Positions 12,210 to 24,545 of a DNA stretch of 43,923 bases are shown piece by piece. Source of the stretch: Chiloscyllium plagiosum. Taxonomy: Eukaryota. Where the stretch lies: NCBI RefSeq assembly GCF_004010195.1, contig NC_057751.1, forward strand, positions 6,080,997 through 6,124,919, written 5' to 3'. The position numbers and the translations under genes were made by a program. The notes under the pieces were generated by a model. The model did no database searches and was not told the DNA's origin. It worked only from the letters and a program-made list of their open reading frames with translations. Numbering within the stretch: the stretch's first letter is position 1; each line of letters begins with the position of its first letter.

Positions 12210-13366
12210 AAATTGACCTCATTGCAGCCTTGGTTCAAACATGGACAAAAGAGCTGAATTCCAGAGGTGAGGTGAGAATGACAGCCCTTGGTATTAAGGC
12301 TGCAATCGAACAAGTCTGACATCAAGGACCCTAGCAAAACTGGAATCAATGGGGATCAGGGGCAAACTCTCCAGCGGTTGGAGTCATACCTGGCAGAAAG
12401 GAAGAGGGTTGCGATTGTTGGAAGTCAGTCATCTCAACTCCAGGACATCTCTGCAGGAGCTCCTCAGGGTAGTGTCCTTGGCCCAACCACCTTCAGCTGC
12501 TTCATGAATGATCTTCCCTCCATCATTCCCTCAGATGTGGGGATGTTCACTGATGATTGCACAATGTTCAGTATCATTCACAACTCCTTGGATACTGAAG
12601 CAGCCCATGTTCAAATGCAACAAATCTTGTCAATATCCAGGCTTGAGCTGACAAATGGCAAATAATATTTGCACCTCACACATGCCAGGCAATAGCCATC
12701 TCCAAAAAGAGATAATCTAACACCATCCCTTGACATTCAATGGCGTTACCGTCACTGAAGCCCCTACTATCAACGTACTTGGGGTTACTATTGACCAGAA
12801 ATTTAGCTGAACTCACCACATACAATAGTAGCTACAAGAGCAAGTCAGAAATGAGGAATGCTGTGGTGAGTAACTCACCTCTTGATTCCCAAACCCTGTC
12901 CATCACATAGAAGACGCAAGTAAGGAGTGTAATGGAATATTCCCCACTTACCTGGATGGATGCAGTTCCAACAACACTGAAGAATCCTGACACCGTCCAC
13001 GACAAAGCAGCCAATTAGTACCACATCCACAAACATCCACTCCCTGAACCATCAATGTTCAGGAGCAGAGATCTGGACTATCTAAAAGATGCATTGATGA
13101 AATTCACAAAAGATCCTCAGGTAGCACTTTCCAAACCCATGACCATTTCCATCTAGAAGGACTAGGGTGACAAATACACGGGAACACCACCACCTTCAAG
13201 TTCCCCTCCAAGCTACGCATTGTCCTGACTTGGAACAATATCAATGTTCTGCAGCAGTTCAAGAGGTAGGGTCACTACCACCTTGTCAAGGGGCAACTCG
13301 GAATAGGTGATAAATGTTGGCCAGCTAGTGAAGCCCACATCCCACAAATGAATAAAGAAGACAAAA
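12210..13366 (+). mobile_element. LINE family Z, 5'-truncated (RT C-half and 3' UTR)
   Basis: ORF 12288-12665 LESYLAERKRVAIVGSQSS..ISAGAPQGSVLGPTTFSCFMNDLP..VGMFTDDC; tail gcccacatcccacaaatgaataaag. Confidence 0.9.
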
Positions 13367-13929
13367 AGTATGTGACCTGCAACAGCTCAGAGTGGTTCAT
13401 TGATCACAGGGGACAAATAATGGTTGATTTCAGGAGCATTATATTCTCAAGCTGAACATTTTAGGGACTAATCCTCCAGCTTTCCCCCACCAGAATAAGG
13501 CTTGGTCCCCGAGCAATTGTTAACAAATTTTATTTCTCAGGGCTTGCAGTTTATTTTGTGTCAAGCATTTTTGAACCTTTCTAACCAATGAATACAGGGT
13601 AGGGAACGAAGGTTTCAAAATGGTCACCTCCCTACTTGTCCATCACTTTAGCTCAAGGTCACTTTTTATTTTACCCCATGCTGACAGTACATTTTGGACC
13701 GTCACGAGACACTTATACAGATAAAAGGATCCACAAGACACTTTCTGATTGACTTAGGAATGTCAACATGGAAACCTAAACAAGAAGACCTCAACATTTC
13801 TGGGGCTTGTTTCTGTGATTTTTCAGATAGAAAGAAAATAGTTCTCGACCAAAGTAGGCTTACTATGCATACCAGTTCCACAATAATGCTATTCATATAC
13901 TCTGAAAGTATACTTTCCTGAAGGCCCCA

Positions 13930-14575
13930 CTTCTTCAACATTTGAAGCAAGTTTGAACAGGTTGGAGTGATTCTTTTTAGAGCTTAGAAGAATGGTCTTT
14001 TTGAAATATGTAAAATTACAACAGGGATTGACCAAGTAGATGTTGAAATGTTTTGTGAGGGGATCTATAATTTGGTACACAGCTTCAGAACAAGGGGGGG
14101 TCACTCATTTAATATGTAGATTAGGGATTCCATCTCTGAGATGGGAGTGAATCTTTGGAATTCTTTGCTCCAGAGAAATCTTTGAACATTTTCAAAGCTG
14201 AGACAAAATTCAGAATTGCTGGAAAAACTCAGCAGGTCTGGCAGCATCTGTTGAGAGAAAACAGACTCATTGTTTTGGGACCAGCAGCCTTTCATCTGAA
14301 TGCTGACTCTGCTTTCTGCCCAAAGATGCTGCCAGACCTCTGGGATTCTCCAGCAAATTTCTGCTTGTCTTTCAGATTTCCAGAATCTGCAGTAGTTTGC
14401 TTTATTTAGTCAAAGCTGTGTTTGACAGGTCTTTAGGCAATTGAGGAATCAAGCATAATGGGGAACAAGTAGGAAAGTAGAGTTGAGACAAGGGTTAGCC
14501 ATGATCTTATTCAATGGCAAAGCAGGCTGAAGGAGCCGGATTTCCCTCTCCTGTTGTGATTTCTTATGTTCTTGG
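13930..14575 (+). mobile_element. Old CR1 3' end, interrupted at 14201-14409
   Basis: gtgaatctttggaattctttgctccagaga...ttagccatgatcttattcaatggcaaagcaggctgaaggagccg (CR1 3' UTR type). Confidence 0.65.
14201..14409. mobile_element. Fold-back Penelope-derived short element with 9-bp TSD
   Basis: Inverted arms about 14211-14269 and 14304-14363; flanking direct repeat tcaaagctg at 14192-14200 and 14410-14418. Confidence 0.75.
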
Positions 14576-14622
14576 ATTTTTACAAGGATACAACCTGGGT
14601 CATCTCAGTCTAGTAATTCACC

Positions 14623-14850
14623 ATAGAATATCGTAGAATTCCTACAGTGTGGAAACAGGCCATTTGACCAAACAAGTCCACATCGACCCTCCAAAGAGTA
14701 ACCCACCCAGACCCCTCCCTGAACACAAGGGAAATTTAGCATGGCCAATTTACCGAACCTGCACATCTTTGGACTGTGGGAGGAAACCGGAGCACCCGGA
14801 GGAAACCCACGCAGACACGGGGAGAATGTGTAAACTCTACATAGACAGTC
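14623..14850 (-). mobile_element. HE1-type V-SINE, 5'-truncated
   Basis: acctgcacatctttggactgtgggaggaaaccggagcacccggaggaaacccacgcagacacggggagaatgtg is the reverse complement of the V-domain at 9410-9500. Confidence 0.85.
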
Positions 14851-14940
14851 TTTGTGGAAACTATTTCACGGAGTCACTCATACCTGTTTCTTTCCAACAT
14901 TTGTATTTGGAAACAATCACCAGTCTGCTCAAGACATCCC

Positions 14941-15030
14941 AACATTCCTGAAGAAGGGCTTATGCCCGAAACGTCGATTCTCCTGTTCCTTGGATGCTGC
15001 CTGACCTGCTGCGCTTTTCCAGCAACACAA
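14941..15030 (+). ncRNA. Minimal type I hammerhead ribozyme motif in a Penelope pseudo-LTR fragment
   Basis: CTGAAGA (14948-14954), A, stem II GGGC-TTAT-GCCC, GAAA (14968-14971), palindromic ACGT stem III, GTC cleavage triplet ending at 14975. Confidence 0.75.
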
Positions 15031-15093
15031 TCCCAACATTGTATAAGTCATAGAGGTGGGTAGAATTTGAATGGACAAGAATTGTGGTGGGTG

Positions 15094-15499
15094 TAGATTA
15101 GAGTGGTGCTGTAAAAGCACAGCAGATCAGGCAGCATCTGAGGAGCAGGAAAATTGACGTTTCAGGCAAAAGCCTTTCAGCAGGAATGAAGCTTTTCCAG
15201 CACCACTCTAATCTAGAGGTCTTCACTTTTGCCTAGTTGATTTTAACTTTACTGCGAATCTTCTTGCAAGGATGCCTATCTTGGAGAAGCTCTCCTCTGC
15301 TCTCCACAAGGATTTCAGTGAGTCTCTGTCTCACTGCAACCCCCAGGTCATCTCCTCTGCCCTGCTTCATTCCTGATGATGGGCTTTTGCCCGAAACATC
15401 AATTTTCCTGCTCCTCGGATGCAGCCTGATCTGCTGTGCTTTTCCAGCACCACTCTAATCTAGACTCTGATCTCCAGCATCTGCAGTCCCCACTTTTGC
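15094..15499. mobile_element. Non-autonomous mini-Penelope insertion with inverted pseudo-LTR and 18-bp TSD
   Basis: TSD caagaattgtggtgggtg at 15076-15093 and 15500-15517; 15094-15192 is inverted relative to about 15364-15463; two hammerhead-like cores. Confidence 0.85.
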
Positions 15500-17360
15500 C
15501 AAGAATTGTGGTGGGTGCCAGCATATGGGCATCTTTTACTGACACTTATGAGTGTTAGAGCTTCTCGGTGTTTGGGCACTTTGGGGTTTTTTTGAGTTTG
15601 TGCAAGTGGATTTTAAAATTCCTCAGGTTGCAATGTTCAATGATATTTGTGAGTATTTGATAAGGCTTAACAAATTTGTCAGGATGTTTCAACATAACAG
15701 TGTTCGAAATTTGCAAATTCAACAGATATGCTCTGTCATTGTCATGGCAAAAACAAAGTTGCTACGCCTAAGATATGTTCGTCAAATTTCTTATCACTGA
15801 ATGGCTTGAGGCTCCTTATTCTACCTTGAATGCATGTGACTAAAATCAGAGGGAGTTATGTCTCCAAATCAAGCCCAGTGAATCTCAATCCAAGCCTATG
15901 CATGTATGATTCTTCAGTGCAGGTGAACCTTGACAACTTGCAGAATAACAACAGTCTCTCAGAATCCACAGGATGAACTGATTAGAGAAGGTGCAAAATG
16001 ACAAACGAAATGAAGTAATAAATGGTGCTTAAAAAATGGAGCAAATACAGTGAAGATTCAGTTATTTCCTTCAGCTGTAAATAACAATTTCTATGTTTAT
16101 GGTTTCTCTATGTACTGCAGTCTGTTCTTTATAGCGGTTCATAAAATGCCTTGACAGCATTGAATAACTGCCGTCTTCTACGAGCACGACTGTTAACTAC
16201 AGGCAAATATAATTTACTGGCTTCACTTTGATGGTGCATAAAGAAATCAAATGATATTGAATCTCACAAGAAAACAAACTTGCAGCCATTTAATATTCAT
16301 CGGATTTCTTGTTGAAACAGAATTATCATTGATTGTTTTTCATTTTCAAATCAAAGCACATGTAAGAATTTCTCTGGGTCATGTGTTATGTTTTAAGACT
16401 ATCATTGCATTCACAAAGATTCTTTCTGAAGGATACGTGGTGGTGAAATCATAAACTTGCTCATTTTGGGTGCACAAATTTTGTCTGTATACTTGCTCTG
16501 TAAATTTCCTTCTTTTTGTTTCTCTCCAACTTCATTAGCCCCTTCAATTTTGTTAACCTAGGGGAATGGGTGAATTATTTATCTTGCAGATGTTGGATCT
16601 TCAAATTCTGATGTCTTTTCTGCCTACTGGGATAGGAGAAATATATGAAGTCTTGAAAGAAAAAAAAGTTGTGTGCTAGTCTGGAAAAGTAAGAACAAGA
16701 AGACTTTTTCATTTGTCCAGTTATTTTGTACATGTTTGGCTTTTCTCATGCTAAAAGCACAGTAAGGTTAAAAAGGCAATTGAAATTTTAAGTAAAAATA
16801 ATAATTTTCTCTCAGAATCAAGATCTCTTTCAAGAATAATCAGCAGGCCATGTATCTTTCAGCCTGTTGATAATCATTGACTTTGTAGTTCACCACTTAA
16901 CAAGACAACAGTTTTTAGCTGGACTGTTTCATCTGCAGAGATGAAAGCTGCATGAAACCAAATCCAGCATGAGATTGCTCATGGAAGGTTGTTCTTGATT
17001 GGTTTCAAAGGCTTACAGATTTTCTTTGAAGCCCATTTTTGAAGCAGCTCAGAATTACCAATATTTTCAAAATCAGTATGAACTCAATGACTCCTGCTAT
17101 TTGGATAGTATCCATTTTCCACTTGCTACACTTGGGTCTTCTTGAGACTACAGAAGAAACACAAGGTTACTCATTCATTTGGCTGTTTTATACAGCTTGA
17201 ATTCAATTAATTCACAAAAAGCTATCACAAATAAAGTCGATATTTAAGACAATGGCATAAGACAATTGAGAGCCCAACTATCTCAAAACGGTCAAGAGAA
17301 GTGGTATAAAATAGAGAAAGAGCAGAAGATCCAAACCATTGAATTTGGATCCAATGATTA

Positions 17361-18246
17361 TGTGGGATATAGGTAAATTAATGTTACTTTTGCAGTTCTG
17401 CAATTCTGCAATTATAATTTCTGATACAAAGTAAATGAACTCACATCAGTGTGTAATTGTTTCAGCCAAGAGCTGAGTCAACAAGAATGGAAACTATGTG
17501 GAGGAAATATATAATTGTTTTTGTATTAGCTAAAATTGTATGCCAGCATGAAACGTGATTGCAAAACAATGGTAGATATTATGGGCAAATAGATAAGAAG
17601 TTGTAAGGGGATGAAATCGGCTTGTATAACAGTAGGTAAAAACATCTGTTTATCATTTGTACGGAGACACAGCAACAAACCCTACATAAAGAGGTCATAA
17701 AGATCAGAATGGTCTCGGGAGAAGCCCAGATGGAAAGANNNNNNNNNNNNNNNNNNNNNNNNNNNNNNNNNNNNNNNNNNNNNNNNNNNNNNNNNNNNNN
17801 NNNNNNNNNNNNNNNNCCTAACTAAAGAGGTCATAGAGATCAGAGTGTTCTCGGGAGAAGCCCAGATGGAAAGAGTAGATACTGATGAAGAAAGAATATG
17901 CCTAACAATGACCTGCAGTGGGATGAGGTCAAACGGCCTGGTGAGGCCAGAAATAAGCATTTTGTCACAGACAAGGCCGGATAAGACAAGAGATAAGCAA
18001 GAGTGGTGGGACTAGTCTTAGGGAAGTGGAGGATGTAAACAGGGAGGGAAACAATGAGATAAGAAAGAAAATGTAGGAACCAAATTATATAAATATCGAG
18101 TATTTGTTGAACTCAGTGTGTATGTCCTCTGCCTTGCTTGGCACTGGACATCACACCCACTTGCAAGTGTAAAAATAAAGGACACTACTGATTCAGATCT
18201 TGTCTCGGACTGCAATTATTGAAGTGTGTGAGCTTTGTTTCTCACA
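17361..18246 (+). mobile_element. Solo LTR, family A (ERV/Gypsy-like), 4-bp TSD ATTA
   Basis: tgtggg...ctcaca termini; ATTA at 17357-17360 and 18247-18250; TATAAA 18088-18093; AATAAA 18174-18179; homologous to 24546-25272. Confidence 0.85.
17739..17816. other. Assembly gap (78 N)
   Basis: Run of n. Confidence 1.
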
Positions 18247-18329
18247 ATTACAATCTTCAATGAACAAAGGAAAGAAGAATGCCATTATGGAATATATTTG
18301 AAACCTGATCACCATGATCTTACTTTACA

Positions 18330-18550
18330 AAGAATGACTTTGTAATGTGGCAAATCGGCAGCTATTACACATCCCCAGCCCAAGTTCCAATCACAACCAA
18401 ATGATCTAGCTGCAATAATTTGCACTCAGAAAGGAATATTTTTTAAACCATTGAACAGTATTTCTTGTGTGGAGGAGCATCTCTGACAATGCAACAGTCG
18501 GTCAGTGCTATGTTGGGATTTTAGTCTTGCTTATGTCTTCAAACACACAG
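18330..18550 (-). mobile_element. Decayed LF-SINE-like fragments
   Basis: ttgtaatgtggcaaatcggcagc and gcatctctgacaatgcaacag resemble the reverse complement of the recalled LF-SINE consensus and of 27012-27420. Confidence 0.5.
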
Positions 18551-20228
18551 AAACAGACAGATCTTTATTGTGATCTGGAACAATTACATGAAATAATTCA
18601 GATTGGATTTCAGATCCAGATTGGGATTCAACTTGGAGTGACAAAGCTGAGCAAGCATCTGTTGTGTTTTAACTACGTTTTTGCTATTTTGGCATACATT
18701 CTATCTTAATCTACTGCATTAATTTGATTAGCATTGATTGTGTTCAAGAGAATGAAATATTTTTCTTTTTAGCATGAACATGGCAACAAACATGTCTACT
18801 CATTCAATGTTGACAATGTAATGAATGCATGGTATTTGTGCTACATGGAGCAATGAACCAATTTGCAATAATCTTGACTGTGGCAACTGACTCCCATTGT
18901 ACATATTACTTTTCTGCTTTTTGGAAGTGTCTTCATTTGATCCTAGGCTACATAATTTAGCAGCATTGTCCTCTTTTAGTCAGTGTTTCTTAGTTTGACC
19001 ACCACTGGAACTCTGCCAACTTCTTCCTGTGCTTTCAAGCCAGCAGTGAATGGGAAAAATTAATAGGATATGGAAATGAAGTAAATCATGGGTAAATTTG
19101 CACATTCAATGTTAATTGCTGCTTAACGAGCCAGGCCCTGTGTGTTATGATGCATTTGAAATATATACCCCCAGGAGAAAGTTTAGTTGCATGTGCACAA
19201 GTTAATGGCTATTCAATTAACATAATCACAAAATTACTATCCCCATAATGCATGTAGACACTGACTTTAATGCTCGCAGGAGATAGCATCGACAGAATAT
19301 CTTTTATCAATGCAATTGTTCTTTTGTTGCAATTCAAACAAAAAATCCAGTCATGGAATTCAGCACATGGTGTATTTTGAGAGTGAGCTTTACTGAAGAA
19401 TGTATGTTTAATTAATTGGAGAATCACATTTTGAAAGAAATCATACGCACAAATGAAGGCAATATTACCAGAAATGTAGAAAGTTAAGAGGTGGAGTGAT
19501 TTGGCATAAATTTTCAAGACACTGAGGTAAACAAAAAGGACAGAATTTTATCAGGATCTGAGCAACCTGGGATGTGTCAAGAATGTGGCAGAATCAGACT
19601 GCAAGTGCGCCCGAACTGACCTTGACGTTGGAAGCATCCAGTACCATCTTTCATGATGTTGTTAAGGGGAAAGTTGAGTTTTTAATCAGACAGTATGTTT
19701 GCTTGTTCAGCACTTTGCTAATGCCCAATGAATCGCCTCATTAATATTCAATGTCCGATGTATTCAAACAGAGTGGGACCTGAAGCGTGCTGCTTGTTGC
19801 TTTGGAGCAAACAGCATCTCAGGGCAATTTCCATGAGTGCAAGCCGCTTGCACCCTTCAATGCAATGACAATCCTGTCACTTCTCCAATAAACTTGCAGG
19901 CCATTCAGGAAGCATATTGCATTCCAGGCAACTGGCATTGAAAGGCACTCAACTCATGGACTGGGCCGGGCTGCATGTCAGGGCTTCTCACTTGCTGTTA
20001 TAGTATCTCGGACTGCCTAACTTTGTGTTTGCACAATCCATACCTTTGTTTTCATTGCCGACAAGACCATGCCAAATAACACAGTCATACAATCAGACAC
20101 TTGCCTTGCTGGTTAGCAGTCCTCAGTCAGCAGAGCCGTACAGCAATGTGCTACGCCAATCTCATACCTGTACCATGTGCCAGCACATTACGAGGGAGAC
20201 AAACTGCATGTGTGCAGCAAGCAAGTAG

Positions 20229-21129
20229 TGTAATGGAGAAAATGTCGAGAATCAACAGGAGACGCAGAGAGTTCTTCAAGAAATAGGTCTTTTATTTGCA
20301 AACAAAAAACTGTGACACTGAGAAAACAGATTCTCGAATGCCCCCGAGCCTCAGGGTCCGTGGATTTTTATATCTTTTTTAATCATGTTCCTGTTAGCTT
20401 ATCAGCATGTCCAACTATATTAATCAAAGTACCTCACTCTAGCTACACAATAAACCAGTGATGTTAGTTCCCATTATCGCTTCAGTTGTACATTCTACTT
20501 AATGTCATTCTAATGTCACGGTTAGATATTTATTGCTAACTCTTTGTAACAATGATCTTTCATTCCACTAACCTGTCATGATAGATATTTAGCTATTCCA
20601 TCTATTACAAACCAGTGATGTTAGTTCCCATTATCGCTTTAGTTGTACATTCTACTTAATGTCATTCTAATGTCACGGTGAGATATTTATTGCTAACTCT
20701 TTGTAACAATGATCTTTCATTCCAGACCCGACTTAATATTTCCCTAATGTCATGATTAGATATTTATTATCACCTCTGCTACAGTGATCTTCCATTCCAG
20801 ACTAGCCTGTCATGATAGATATTTAGCTATTCCATGTATTACAATAGTCTCCTGTCTCAAGCTGACTCTACAATTAATTAGATATTTTAATGTCACGTCA
20901 CAAATATTTATGGTCCCAATCCTGTCATAATAACACTTAACAGGGAAACTAGCTCTACTAACTGTTATCTCATCTCGCCATAGTGACCTTTCAGCGTTAA
21001 CCTTTCTCTGCTAATTGGTGTAAGAGCATTCCACTATTCTTATCCCATCTTGCCTTCCACGGACCACAGATTGCCAGTGGTCTTCATGCTTTAACCCTTG
21101 CCATGCTTTCATGTTCTTTATTTTCCATA
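20229..21129 (-). mobile_element. Solo LTR, family C, with internal U3 repeats and TSD GTAG
   Basis: GTAG at 20225-20228 and 21130-21133; plus-strand TG start and TA end (one terminal base off CA); minus-strand TATAAAA at 20366-20372 and AATAAA at 20291-20296; tandem duplications upstream of the TATA. Confidence 0.7.
20452..20844. repeat. Internal direct repeats (116 bp x2; 43 bp x2)
   Basis: 20452-20567 vs 20609-20724 (2 mismatches); 20568-20610 vs 20802-20844 (2 mismatches). Confidence 0.9.
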
Positions 21130-21589
21130 GTAGCTCGCAAGCAGCCATGTGTTAAAGCCGTAAGGGAGAAGTACTTTGAAAATACCTTCGACAGCTCATA
21201 ATTGATGAACAATCAATTGTACATGTTAATTCTGGGATTATTACATTTTTGTTAATTGAAGGAATGGGAGTTGGGGTAAAGCTGCATATGGAGTTATGTC
21301 ACGTATCAGTCATAATGTCTTTGAATATGGAACGGGGTTGAGGGACGAAAGAACCACTGCTGGACAGCAGTGTTGGGATAGGCCTCTGTGCCCAAGACCA
21401 AGAGAGCTATACCTGCAGCACATGGAATTTGACAATCACCATGAGGAGGAGGGCAAAGCTCTCCGGCACAACTATGTGACAGTTGCTGTTGACATGTTAT
21501 AATTTCTGTTGGCTTTTCTTAAATAGAGTTGCAAATATCTCTCAGGGAGTGATGACATAGAGAAAATGAAATACATTAAGAAAACTGTT

Positions 21590-22020
21590 TTTTCATTGAT
21601 ATGAATGAGCTCTCGTTTTAATTATAAGAGAAGATTGGATAAACCAAGGTTGTTTACTTTGGAAATGAGGAGTCTGAGGAGAAATTACATTGAAGTGTCT
21701 ATCAGTATGAAGGGCACAGAAAAAATGGACAGAAAAGATCTCTTCCTTTTCAAAAAGAAGGCAATAACTAGGGAACAACGATTTAATATAATAGCTTGGA
21801 AGATGAGAAGGGACATGAGGATCATATTTTCATGCATAGCATGGATCTGGAACTCATTGTTTGAGAGCATGTTGCAGGCAGAAGCTCTTGTGGCATTTAA
21901 CAAGGATTCTAATATTAGTCTTAACGTTGGATCAAGAGCTGAAAAGTGGGATGAGGCTCGCTAACACTTTATCAACCAGCAAGACTTAGGGAGCCATATT
22001 GCTTCTTTCTGTGCTGCCAA
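21590..22020 (+). mobile_element. Old CR1 3' end
   Basis: ORF 21605-21964 YKRRLDKPRLFTLEMRSLRRNYIEV..MKGTEKMDRKDLF...WNSL is a CR1 ORF2 C-terminus. Confidence 0.8.
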
Positions 22021-24545
22021 TTTTGACAATAACAACATTCATTTTTGTTGCCTTTTGGGTAATTTTCCAGTTTCTACCATTTGTATCACTGTGTTTTGTG
22101 CTTGCAAAATTTAATTCCAAATGATTTAAAAGTCACCTAAAAGCTATATTCCAAATAGCTTGGTGCAACAAAGGAAATAATCATGCTCATGAGCTTACCA
22201 AGAAGAGGTGGAGTAATTTTAACTCTAAAAAGGAGTTGGGTTTGGTTTGGGTGGGACATCAGCAAGTGGGACATCACTGAAATTGAAATCCAATCTATTC
22301 AAACTTGTCCACTTCAAGTGTGGAGATGAGGTTGGGATTAGCCTTGTTTAGCCAGCCAGTTCTCAGATGGAGGCCATTTGCTGAGAACTTTTAACGAGAC
22401 AGCATTCATTTTTAATCACAGTTTGTTTGGTTTCACCTTCAAGTAAAAAGAGGTGAGAAGGGCTGGATCGAAAAAGTTAGGTACTTTTATTGCATTGCTC
22501 ATCAATCAGTTTATGGATAAATTTCCTCTCAGCCATGAATTTTTGTCAACTTACTTTAATGTAAAAACAAATCTCCGACATAAGTTATGCCTGACCCCTT
22601 CAATTAAAGTGTTCAGTATTGCCAAAATGCAACAGAAACATGACCTTAATCCCCTCAACCTTACCCTTTGCAGAGAACTAGTACTTCATGACAATGAATG
22701 CCCCTGTGATCCTGTCTTTTAATTTTGCAGACTTTGCTTGGTCCTCTCTCAGCTGAACATCTTCCCCATTTTGCTTTCTGTCAGTCATCGCAATATACAC
22801 CATGACTAGTTGGTTCTTTCCCCTTCATTTTCTAAATTCCTTCCTTGCAGTCCTAAGGTTTGTTTTAGTGTTTTTATTTTAAAAGATTGGAATGGAGAAC
22901 AGAACACAGGCAACTGCAGGACATCTTAAACCTTGCAGTAGTAAGTAGAATGCAGAGATATGTGGACTTTTGATAATTACGGGTTGCCTGGGGCTGGTTA
23001 AAAGATTTCAGTAATGCTCCTCATGCCTCATCAAATGGCAATTCTTTGCATATCTATTCTGTCTGTAACCAACGTTTGTGTAATTCAAGAAACAGAATAA
23101 ATATAATGAAGTTATTATTTGCTGTTGCTAAGTGATGGACTTAATAATTAGTGTTGCAGTAGCCTAGTGATCGCTGTTAGTAACATGTGTGAACAAATAC
23201 TTAATTCATTCATGCTGGCATTCTTGTGTGTGCTACTTTAAGATAGGTACACTGCGAATGTGACTAAATAATTTCAGTCTGATATAACATCAACTCTGAT
23301 TCCATCCTCAGGTGCTGCCTGAACAACTAAGTGTTTTCAGTATTTCGTGTATTTTTTAAATTTCAGATTCCCAGCATCCACAGCATTTTGATTTGCATTC
23401 AGCATTTGTTCAGTTGGATTGCCAGGGGTAATTTGGAGGCCAATATCATTAAATTGTGGTCTGTTGCTTATCTTTACTTCCCAATGTCACTCTGACATAA
23501 GGCAGGCACCTGATTATCACAGAGGCACCGTTTTCTTTTTGAAAATGAGGGAATAAACTTCCAACAGATTGATGAAAAGAATCACCCAATATGTAAGTTT
23601 TTAAATGTTGGATATCAGTGTGGACTTTGCCCTGGAAATGAAGCATTCTGTGTTATTCTAAGGATTTTTAAACTCTTTCATGTTCAGCGCAGTTTATTAC
23701 AGAATCTCTGAGCAGCACATATAGTTTAAATGTATGATTTAATTGAGCTATATTGAACAAAAGACTCTAGTGAAATTCATTATTTGCAACTGCTCTTTGA
23801 TCTCTGTTCACTATTTTCATTCATTAGAGAGATACTACTCATTACACGACTGAAAAATTATCGCTCAGGACATCCTGTCATCAATAAGGATCAGCTGCAA
23901 TGCCCACTAATAAATTGCTACCAGTTATAGTTTGAAGCTAACCAAGGGAACAAATCAGGTTCTCTGTAATTTAAATCTGCATATGTTCACAGCACAAAAA
24001 AGCTCAACAATCAGGTTGCCTCACCCTGCCCAATGAAGAATGCATGGAGGGTCTAAATGAAATCGTGATGATTGTTTTCTCCTTTGTAGTGGGTAACATG
24101 CTCATTAATGTCTTGCTTTGCTCTGACTCACAAAGCTAAAACTCAGTCAGCAATTTGGGAAAATAGAAAGAACTGTTGGATCTCCCACAGCTTTGCTCGT
24201 ATCACATGGAAGGACACGTTTCTTTGTCAGGTTGGAGGTGCAATGCTGTACAGCATATTTACTCTTCTACTGCTACAGTGATATGAAACTGTTATCCCCA
24301 TCATATTGGAGAGCCTATGTACTGTAAAGGCACATTCTCAAATTGATTAGAAATGAATTTCTGTAAGGTAGACCCACAGGTTGGTTGGTCAATGATACGA
24401 TGAAAGAAAAAAAAGCTTTCAAATGAAATTTGCCAAGTTGAGATCTGGTCCATAATGAGTTCTCTTCATTTATTTACCAATTTTGATCTTTCCCTTTCTG
24501 GACTCATGTCTGTCAGTAGTAAAATTTTGTGCTCTTGGATGCAGG

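Noticed and set aside
16590..17140. AG/GT-bounded candidate exons near 16590-16689 and 17019-17140
   Set aside because: Stops in all frames or weak acceptor, and no recognisable protein.
19540..20220. Possible old palindromic MITE/Harbinger remnants (also about 11050, 22215 and 23425)
   Set aside because: Could not define inverted termini or a TSD by eye.
20452..20844. Repeats as a CRISPR-like array
   Set aside because: Eukaryotic context; the intervening sequences are themselves duplicated rather than unique spacers, and there are no cas genes.
20243..21193. Alternative termini TGTCGA...TCGACA for the family C element
   Set aside because: No TSD at these ends; 20229-21129 has a GTAG duplication.
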